Positions 57,511-64,000 of a DNA stretch of 64,000 nt are shown here, one piece after another; the first letter of the stretch is position 1; each line of letters starts with the position of its first letter. Source of the DNA: Candidatus Micrarchaeota archaeon (GTDB lineage: Archaea; Micrarchaeota; Micrarchaeia; Anstonellales; Bilamarchaeaceae); NCBI GenBank assembly GCA_043821365.1, contig JBDRCX010000002.1, positions 128,001 to 192,000 on the forward strand. The letters are read 5' to 3'. The position numbers were made by a program, and so were the translations under genes. The notes under the pieces are model-generated. The model was given only the letters and a program-made list of their open reading frames with translations, was not told the DNA's origin and made no database searches.

Positions 57511-60417
57511 ATGTACCAACGTTTAGAGATTACGACTAAAAATCATATTAAAGATGTTCAGGGAGATCAACTTAAAGACAAATTGAAAAAAGATTTGAAT
57601 CTTGATACTATCTGTCGTTTTATTGACGCATATAATCTTGCAGAAAAACTTTCTGACGATGAATTACTAACTCTTGCAAATGAGGTTTTTACTGATTCAA
57701 TTACGCAGGAGTACTCAGTTCAAGAACCATTTTTCAAGGATTATTGGAGGATTGAGGTCGGTATGCTCCCAGGAGTTACTGACAATATTGGTCACACTGC
57801 ATCAGAGGCAATAAAAGATAGATTTGGGAGAAATGTTGATGTTTACTACTCACGGATGTATGCAATAAACGGAGCAATTGATGAAGTTTTGTGCGAACAA
57901 ATTGCAGCAATGCTTCACAATCCTCTTGTTGAGAAATTTAATATTTATCCTCCTGGTGAAGATACAAAACCTTATCTCCCGATAGTCAAAATACCTCACG
58001 AACCAACTGTGCAAAAGATAAGTTTGCACATGGGCGAAGAAAGATTCAAAGCATTGGCAAAGGAAAGATTGCTCTCATTATCTTATGAAGAATTTGAAGC
58101 GATTAAACACTATTTCAAATTAGAAAAAGTAGTTAATGCACGTAAAAGGGTTGGCCTTGATAATAAAATAACTGATGTTGAACTTGAAGCTTTGGCCCAA
58201 ACCTGGAGTGAACATTGCAAACATAAAATTTTCAATGCAAAAATAAGTTATGAAGAGAATGGAGAAGTGCATGCAATAGATTCAATTTTCAAAACATTTA
58301 TCCGCGGTGCTACTGAACAGGTGAAAAAACCATATATTGTTAGTGTGTTCAAGGATAATGGCGGCATAATCAAATTTAATCACGAATATGATGTTGCAGT
58401 TAAAGTTGAAACTCATAATGCTCCATCAGCACTTGACCCATATGGCGGTGCTTTGACCGGTGTTCTTGGTGTTCAAAGAGACATAATGGGAACTGGTATT
58501 GGTGCAAATCCAATTGCAAATATCGATGTTCTGTGTTTTGGTCCATTAGATGCAAAGAAAGAAGATGTGCCTAAGGGTGTTTTACATCCATCAGTGATAG
58601 CTAGTGGAGTTGTAAAAGGGGTTGAGCATGGCGGAAATAAAATGGGCATCCCAACCATTAACGGTTCTATTATATTTGATAAAGATTACACATGTAGGCC
58701 ATTGGTATATTGCGGAACAATAGGTTTAATGCCTTCAAAAATTAATGAAAAAAGAACTTCTGAAAAATCAATTGAACCCGGCTATCTAGCAGTTATGGTT
58801 GGAGGCAGAATAGGAAAAGATGGTATTCATGGTGCCACATTTTCATCAATGCAAATGGATGCTTCAACTCCGCAAAGTGTTGTACAGATAGGCGATCCAA
58901 TCACCCAGAAAAAAATGTTGGATTTTATACTTCAAGCAAGAGATAAAATGCTTTATGAAGCCATTACTGATAATGGTGCGGGTGGACTTTCCTCAAGTGT
59001 TGGGGAACTAGCCCAAATAAGTAATGGTTGTGAAATCTATCTTGATAAGTGCCCATTGAAGTATTCTGGTCTTGATCCATGGGAAATTTTGGTTTCAGAA
59101 TCTCAAGAAAGGATGTCACTTGCAGTAAAACCAGAAAAACTCGATGAAATCTCAGAACTTGCAAAGGTTTATGATGTTGAATTGTCAGTTGTTGGTAAGT
59201 TTACAGATTCAAAAAGATTTCATATTTTCTACAATGATAAAACTGTTGCATATCTTGACATGAAATTTTTACATGATGGTTTGCCACAACTAAAACTAAG
59301 TGCATCCTGGAAAAAACTAATTTTCCATGATCCTGATATTGGTAAATTCTATCCAGAAGATGTTTTGAGAAAGTTACTTTCCTCGCCAAACATAACTACT
59401 AAAGAAAATGTTATCAGACGCTACGATCATGAAGTCAAAGGAATGAGTGTCATTAAGCCAATAATGGCCGGTCCAAATGATGCAGCTGTTATAAGGCCGG
59501 TTTACAATTCTAAAGAAGGTCTAGTAGTTTCTCATGGAATCTGCTCAAAATATGTCCAAGATGGGTATTCTATGGCTGCAATGGCATTTGATGAGGCTGT
59601 AAGAAATGCAATTGCAGTTGGAGCTAAATTTGGTTATTTAGCATGTTTAGATAACTTCTCTTGGCCAGATCCAGTAAAATCTGCTAAAACACCTGATGGA
59701 GAACAAAAACTAGGTAATTTAGTAAGATCATGCCTGGCACTTTATGATTGCGCAACAAGTTATGGCGTCCCAATAATATCTGGCAAAGACAGTATGAAAA
59801 ATGACTACTATTCAGCAGGGAAGAAATATTCAATCCCACCAACACTTCTTGTTACTGTTGTAGGTAAAATTGACAATATTTCCAAATCAGTTAGTTCTGA
59901 ATTCAAAAACCCAGGGGACATAATCTACGTTCTCGGAACAACGAGAGATGAGCTAGGAGGCAGTGAATTCTATCGTTTATTCGGTGGTATCGGTAATGAT
60001 CACCCCCAGTTATACATGGATGAACATATACCGTTATATAAATCATTTTCATCTGCAATTGAAGAAGGACTTGTTGCATCTGCACATGATGTATCAGATG
60101 GAGGGCTTGCAATTGCATTTGCAGAATCATCACTTGGTTATAGTCTTGGTGCAGAAATCGATCTTTCAAAAATACCAAAAACAACTGAGGATATTATTTC
60201 GCTTTTATTCTCTGAGAGTGCAGGTAGGTTCGTAGTAAGCGTGAAACCAGAGAATGCTGAAAAATTTGAGAGAGTAATGCACAAGACAGCATTTGCAAAG
60301 GCAGGGAGAGTAAGAGGGGATAAAAGATTCATAATGAAAGTCAATGAAGAAACTATCGTTAATGATTCAATTATTGATATTCGGGAATTCTATCTTAAGG
60401 GTGTAAAAATCACATAA
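57511..60417 (+). CDS. purL: Phosphoribosylformylglycinamidine synthase PurL with N-terminal PurS-like repeats (no glutaminase domain)
   Basis: QTWSEHCKHKIF, KVETHNAPS, GGRIGKDGIHGATFSS, DNGAGGLSS, SESQERM, GKDSM and AHDVSDGG. Confidence 0.95.
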   Translation: MYQRLEITTKNHIKDVQGDQLKDKLKKDLNLDTICRFIDAYNLAEKLSDDELLTLANEVFTDSITQEYSVQEPFFKDYWRIEVGMLPGVTDNIGHTASEAIKDRFGRNVDVYYSRMYAINGAIDEVLCEQIAAMLHNPLVEKFNIYPPGEDTKPYLPIVKIPHEPTVQKISLHMGEERFKALAKERLLSLSYEEFEAIKHYFKLEKVVNARKRVGLDNKITDVELEALAQTWSEHCKHKIFNAKISYEENGEVHAIDSIFKTFIRGATEQVKKPYIVSVFKDNGGIIKFNHEYDVAVKVETHNAPSALDPYGGALTGVLGVQRDIMGTGIGANPIANIDVLCFGPLDAKKEDVPKGVLHPSVIASGVVKGVEHGGNKMGIPTINGSIIFDKDYTCRPLVYCGTIGLMPSKINEKRTSEKSIEPGYLAVMVGGRIGKDGIHGATFSSMQMDASTPQSVVQIGDPITQKKMLDFILQARDKMLYEAITDNGAGGLSSSVGELAQISNGCEIYLDKCPLKYSGLDPWEILVSESQERMSLAVKPEKLDEISELAKVYDVELSVVGKFTDSKRFHIFYNDKTVAYLDMKFLHDGLPQLKLSASWKKLIFHDPDIGKFYPEDVLRKLLSSPNITTKENVIRRYDHEVKGMSVIKPIMAGPNDAAVIRPVYNSKEGLVVSHGICSKYVQDGYSMAAMAFDEAVRNAIAVGAKFGYLACLDNFSWPDPVKSAKTPDGEQKLGNLVRSCLALYDCATSYGVPIISGKDSMKNDYYSAGKKYSIPPTLLVTVVGKIDNISKSVSSEFKNPGDIIYVLGTTRDELGGSEFYRLFGGIGNDHPQLYMDEHIPLYKSFSSAIEEGLVASAHDVSDGGLAIAFAESSLGYSLGAEIDLSKIPKTTEDIISLLFSESAGRFVVSVKPENAEKFERVMHKTAFAKAGRVRGDKRFIMKVNEETIVNDSIIDIREFYLKGVKIT

Positions 60418-60438
60418 CGATTTTTACTTAATAATGGA

Positions 60439-60552
60439 GTGAAACAACGTTTCACGACAGTCGCGAAGTTTTTACTTCGCAACAAAATAAGGATTTTTAT
60501 GAGGTGTCGAACGTTGTTCGACTTAATAAAAATAAGGATTTTTATGAGGTGT
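60439..60552. repeat. Three 7-bp hairpins plus a 24-bp direct repeat (two copies) in the argS leader
   Basis: GTGAAAC-AAC-GTTTCAC (60439-55), GCGAAGT-TTTT-ACTTCGC (60463-80), GTCGAAC-GTT-GTTCGAC (60506-22); AAAATAAGGATTTTTATGAGGTGT at 60484-60507 and 60529-60552. Confidence 0.85.
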
Positions 60553-60557
60553 GGAAA

Positions 60558-62372
60558 TTGCTTAGCGAATTAAAAAAAGAAGTTGCATTGCTTACCAGCG
60601 AAGCTGCCAATCTGTCAGTTGATGAAGCAATTGGCTTTGTTGAACTTGGAAAAATGGGGGATCTATCTAGTAAGGTTGCATTTGCAGTTTCTCAAAAGGA
60701 AAAAAACAATCCAACTGTGATTGCGTCTGAACTCGTGAAGAAAATCAAACCAAATAAAAATTTTTCTAAAGTGGAAGCAACTGGTCCGTATGTAAATTTC
60801 TATCTAAGTGATCATGCATATTCCAAGATTCTTGTTGAAATTCTTTCTAAAAAAGAAGATTTCGGGAAAAGCAAAAAGAAAAAAGATAAGGTCGTGATAG
60901 AATTTCCATCAGTTAATCCAAATAAACCTTGGCACATTGGTCATCTGAGAAATGCACTTTTGGGAGATTCAGTTGCAAGAATTCTTGAATTTGATGGTTA
61001 TCAGGTAGAAAAGATAGATTATATTGATGATCTTGGACTTCAGGTGGCACAAAGTCTTTGGGGGTTCTTGAATTATGATTCCAATCCCAGTGGTAAATTT
61101 GACAATTGGTTGGGGCATCAGTATGTTGGCATTGCTAAGAAATTCGAAGAAGATAAAACAATTGTCGAAGGAGTGAGAACTGTATTAAAATCAATGGAAG
61201 ATGGGAAAGACGAGATTGCCAAAAAAGGCAGAGAACTTGCAGAAAAATGCGTTGCAGCTCAATATGAAACTGCGTTTAATTTTGGTATTTATCATGATGT
61301 TTTGATTTTTGAAAGTGATATTCTCCATACTATTTTTGATGATGGCATCGCTTACATAAAGAAGAATGATGCTGTTGTTCTTGAAAAAGATGGTAAGAAT
61401 TCTGGTTGTTGGGTAGTCAAATTAAGTGAGGAATTTGAAAAAGAATTCGGCAAAATGGAAAACCCAGATAAAGTTCTTATACGAAGTGACGGGACTGCTG
61501 TTTACACAGGTAAAGATATCATTTTTCATTTATGGAAATTTGGTAAGTTGAAAAATTTTCTTTACGAACCATTCACCAAACAACCAAATGGCAAAATGTC
61601 ATATAAAAGTTCATCTTCTGGAAAAGAAATGGATTTTGGTAATGCATCAATTGCAATAAATGTTATTGGTGTTGAACAAAAATATCCACAACGAGTTATT
61701 GTTGAAGTCTTAAAACGTTTGAATTTCAATGAAGAAGCCAAAAATCTTTATCATTTATCATACGAGCATGTTGGTCTTCCAGAAGAAAAGTTTTCTGGGA
61801 GAAAAGGAACCTGGGTTGGGTTTACTGCCGATGAGCTTCTAACAGAGGCTCAATCTCGTGTTATGGGAAAGATTAGACTTGATACTACTGATGATGAAAA
61901 AAAACAAATCGCAAAAATAGTTGGGGTTGCAGCAATCAAATTTTCGTTCTTAAGGAATGGCTCAGAAAAAAGGATAACGTTCAAGTGGGAAGATGCACTT
62001 AATATGGAAGGTGACTCTGGTCCCTATCTTCAATATGCATTTGTAAGAACAAATGGAATTCTGAAAAAAACAGATGAAAAACCAGTTGTTGAAGAACTAA
62101 ATTTCAACGAACAAGAAAAAAAACTGATTAAAAAAATGGCACAACTCTCAGAGATAGTTGCAAGAAGTTCAAAAGAACGTGCACCTCACCATGTTACTCA
62201 GTATAGTCTTGAACTTGCTGCTGATTTTAGTTCTTTTTATACTACCTCACCTGTCTTAAATTCAGAAGATAAAAAAATAATGAAAAATAGGCTTGCAATT
62301 GTATCTGCAACTGCAATTGTTCTGAAAACATCTCTTGGTTTGCTTGGTATTGAATGTCCGGTACGAATGTAA
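60558..62372 (+). CDS. argS: Arginine--tRNA ligase
   Basis: GPYVNF, EFPSVNPNKPWHIGHLRNA, RSDGT..Y, FSGRKG and GDSGPYLQYA. Start placed at TTG 60558 behind GAGGTG (track uses GTG 60504). Confidence 0.96.
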   Translation: MLSELKKEVALLTSEAANLSVDEAIGFVELGKMGDLSSKVAFAVSQKEKNNPTVIASELVKKIKPNKNFSKVEATGPYVNFYLSDHAYSKILVEILSKKEDFGKSKKKKDKVVIEFPSVNPNKPWHIGHLRNALLGDSVARILEFDGYQVEKIDYIDDLGLQVAQSLWGFLNYDSNPSGKFDNWLGHQYVGIAKKFEEDKTIVEGVRTVLKSMEDGKDEIAKKGRELAEKCVAAQYETAFNFGIYHDVLIFESDILHTIFDDGIAYIKKNDAVVLEKDGKNSGCWVVKLSEEFEKEFGKMENPDKVLIRSDGTAVYTGKDIIFHLWKFGKLKNFLYEPFTKQPNGKMSYKSSSSGKEMDFGNASIAINVIGVEQKYPQRVIVEVLKRLNFNEEAKNLYHLSYEHVGLPEEKFSGRKGTWVGFTADELLTEAQSRVMGKIRLDTTDDEKKQIAKIVGVAAIKFSFLRNGSEKRITFKWEDALNMEGDSGPYLQYAFVRTNGILKKTDEKPVVEELNFNEQEKKLIKKMAQLSEIVARSSKERAPHHVTQYSLELAADFSSFYTTSPVLNSEDKKIMKNRLAIVSATAIVLKTSLGLLGIECPVRM

Positions 62373-62419
62373 TTTTGTTCACTACATTGCCTCGTGGTGA
62401 ACAACCCAACAATATGAAA

Positions 62420-63109
62420 TCAAAACGTTTTAGATACAAATCCACCAAGATTCCATCCGAATGTATCATCACTTGAGTTCGCATGATTTCCTGTTTCTGT
62501 TAAGTCAACTGCAGCTCCAAATCCAAAACCATCCAGACTGATACCAACACGTACTCTCTGTGTGCTCCAAATATGTCCGCTTGCATCTAGATCAGAAACA
62601 TTCTCAATTTTGGTAAGAAGTTCTATTGTTTCACTAAGTGCTGGAGAATAACTTAATGCAGTTAAAAGTTCAAGATATGGTTTACTGTCCAATCCTATTG
62701 TGGCAAGATTATATGCGCTAAAATCGCCTGCTTTAATGAAATGTTGCAATCCTGCTCTTGGAATAGGTGTACCTCCAATTAATTGAATTTCACCTACAGC
62801 ATCCAAACCATCTGTTAATTTTATGCTTAAATCTGCCAAACCAAAGGAACTTATGGTGCCAGTGTAATCCATTGACGGTCTTACTCTAAAGAATAAACCT
62901 AGTTCATCTGTGATTTTTGCTGATGCTTTTATGTCAACCACAGCGCTTTTATGGCCAGCCATAAATTCAATGGAATTAGCCTGAGCTGGTTTTGGTGCAG
63001 CCAGCATAAGTCCAGATACAAGTACTGCGCTGGTTACAACTTTTGCTAACTTTCTTGCCACTTGCTTTGTTTTTCCCCACATTCTTCCTGTTCTGTTTAT
63101 CATTTCCAT
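62420..63109 (-). CDS. Secreted hypothetical protein, outer-membrane beta-barrel-like
   Basis: Basic n-region plus signal peptide ending PAQA; mature part of short alternating strands; C-terminus WNLGGFVSKTF. Confidence 0.55.
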   Translation of the reverse strand: MEMINRTGRMWGKTKQVARKLAKVVTSAVLVSGLMLAAPKPAQANSIEFMAGHKSAVVDIKASAKITDELGLFFRVRPSMDYTGTISSFGLADLSIKLTDGLDAVGEIQLIGGTPIPRAGLQHFIKAGDFSAYNLATIGLDSKPYLELLTALSYSPALSETIELLTKIENVSDLDASGHIWSTQRVRVGISLDGFGFGAAVDLTETGNHANSSDDTFGWNLGGFVSKTF

Positions 63110-63227
63110 ATTCCCACCTTCTACAACAATTCCACACATTCAAGTTATTTATTATCTTTTAGTTTTTTTTACTAAGAAACCCAAAAATTTATAAATTATT
63201 TTAGGTTAATTAGCAAATATTGGTTTT

Positions 63228-64000
63228 ATGATAAAATTAGATAAAAAAAACAAACAATTGCTTTCTCTTCTTTATATGGATTCACGAATGAGTTTTGTTC
63301 AACTCGGAAAGAAGCTCAAACTCAGCAGTAGTAGTGTTGAAAGAAGATTAGTCAAGCTCCAAGATGCCGGTATCGTTTCACTATTATTTGCAGATGTCAA
63401 TCTTCTAAAATTAGGTTTCAAATCCTATAGAATTTATCTTAAGTTTGATGCAATGAATGAAATTACTGAAAAGGAAATTCTGACTCTTTTTGAAAACCAT
63501 CCTAGAACTGTGTGGGGCGTGGTGTGCGAGGGTGCATACGATGTGTTATGGAGGATAATTGCAAAAAACGAGATAGAGGTTGAAGATGCAGTTCATTTGA
63601 TAGTTGATAAATTTGGAGAACATATAACTGAAAAAACAGTAATAACTACAACCTACCAAACCTATCTTTCTTGGAATCGTGCATTGGGTGGAGAAAGACA
63701 TCCTGAATTACCGTTAGAAAAAATAACTCCAACCCACGATGTCGATAAAAAAGATATGGCTATTTTAGTCTCATTATATCATAATTCCAGAGCAACAACT
63801 GTTGATATTGCAAGAATAGTTGGGTTGACACCTGATGCAGTTAATTACCGTATAAAAAAACTTATGGAGAATGAGTTTATTCTTGGCTATACTGCTTGGT
63901 TTGATGCTAAAAAACTTGGTTTTGAATACTACAAACTTTTGATAAACTTTAGAAGTATCACACGTAAAAAGGAAAAACAATTTCTTGATTTTTGTCTTGA
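63228..64000 (+). CDS. Lrp/AsnC family regulator, tandem type (runs off the window end)
   Basis: Hand translation MIKLDKKNKQLLSLLYMDSRMSFVQLGKKLKLSSSSVERRL...; second HTH VDKKDMAILVSLYHNSRATTVDIARIVGLTPDAVNYRIK. Confidence 0.9.
   Translation, partial: MIKLDKKNKQLLSLLYMDSRMSFVQLGKKLKLSSSSVERRLVKLQDAGIVSLLFADVNLLKLGFKSYRIYLKFDAMNEITEKEILTLFENHPRTVWGVVCEGAYDVLWRIIAKNEIEVEDAVHLIVDKFGEHITEKTVITTTYQTYLSWNRALGGERHPELPLEKITPTHDVDKKDMAILVSLYHNSRATTVDIARIVGLTPDAVNYRIKKLMENEFILGYTAWFDAKKLGFEYYKLLINFRSITRKKEKQFLDFCL

Noticed and set aside
906-60344. Many short antisense or overlapping ORFs in the track (e.g. 906, 14173, 19166, 26795, 32217, 52081, 52660)
   Set aside because: They lie opposite or inside well-supported genes and have shadow-ORF composition with no motifs.
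60484-60552. 24-bp direct repeat with 21-nt spacer as a mini-CRISPR
   Set aside because: Only two copies, spacer too short and itself palindromic, repeat contains an SD, and no cas genes in the window.
63186-63197. AATTTATAAATT palindrome as an operator
   Set aside because: Pure A/T and coincides with the probable TATA box; expected by chance in this DNA.
63774-63980. Minus-strand 68-aa ORF
   Set aside because: Antisense to the truncated Lrp gene on the + strand.

Overview
AT-rich archaeal chromosome segment, most consistent with a DPANN archaeon (Micrarchaeota-like; inferred from gene content, not from a database search). Core genes: purH, PurS-fused purL, carA/carB, argF, argS, rpl1-rpl10-rpl12, a lone rps10, a 38-aa eL41 missing from the ORF track, and an intron-containing tRNA-Tyr(GTA). 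Metabolic clusters: AMP phosphorylase plus ribose-1,5-bisphosphate isomerase; lipoate ligase (two subunits) plus lipA; and a glycine-cleavage operon (T, H, PA, PB) headed by an NADH-oxidase/CoA-disulfide-reductase-type flavoprotein. There is also an approximately 10.5-kb surface-glycosylation cluster with a radical SAM enzyme. Interspersed are stand-alone accessory genes, many Arg-rich and Lys-poor with basic N-terminal extensions: a convergent pair of NlpC/P60-type cysteine hydrolases beside a GH-A lipoprotein, two HExxH metallopeptidase-like proteins, an AblB/YodP-like acetyltransferase coupled to an M20 deacylase, an FkbM methyltransferase, a VirB2-like pilin and a secreted protein resembling a bacterial outer-membrane beta-barrel. 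The purL-argS intergenic region holds three 7-bp hairpins, a 24-bp direct repeat and an Arg-rich uORF. No CRISPR array, transposase or integrase was recognised. All family calls are from motif recognition by eye.
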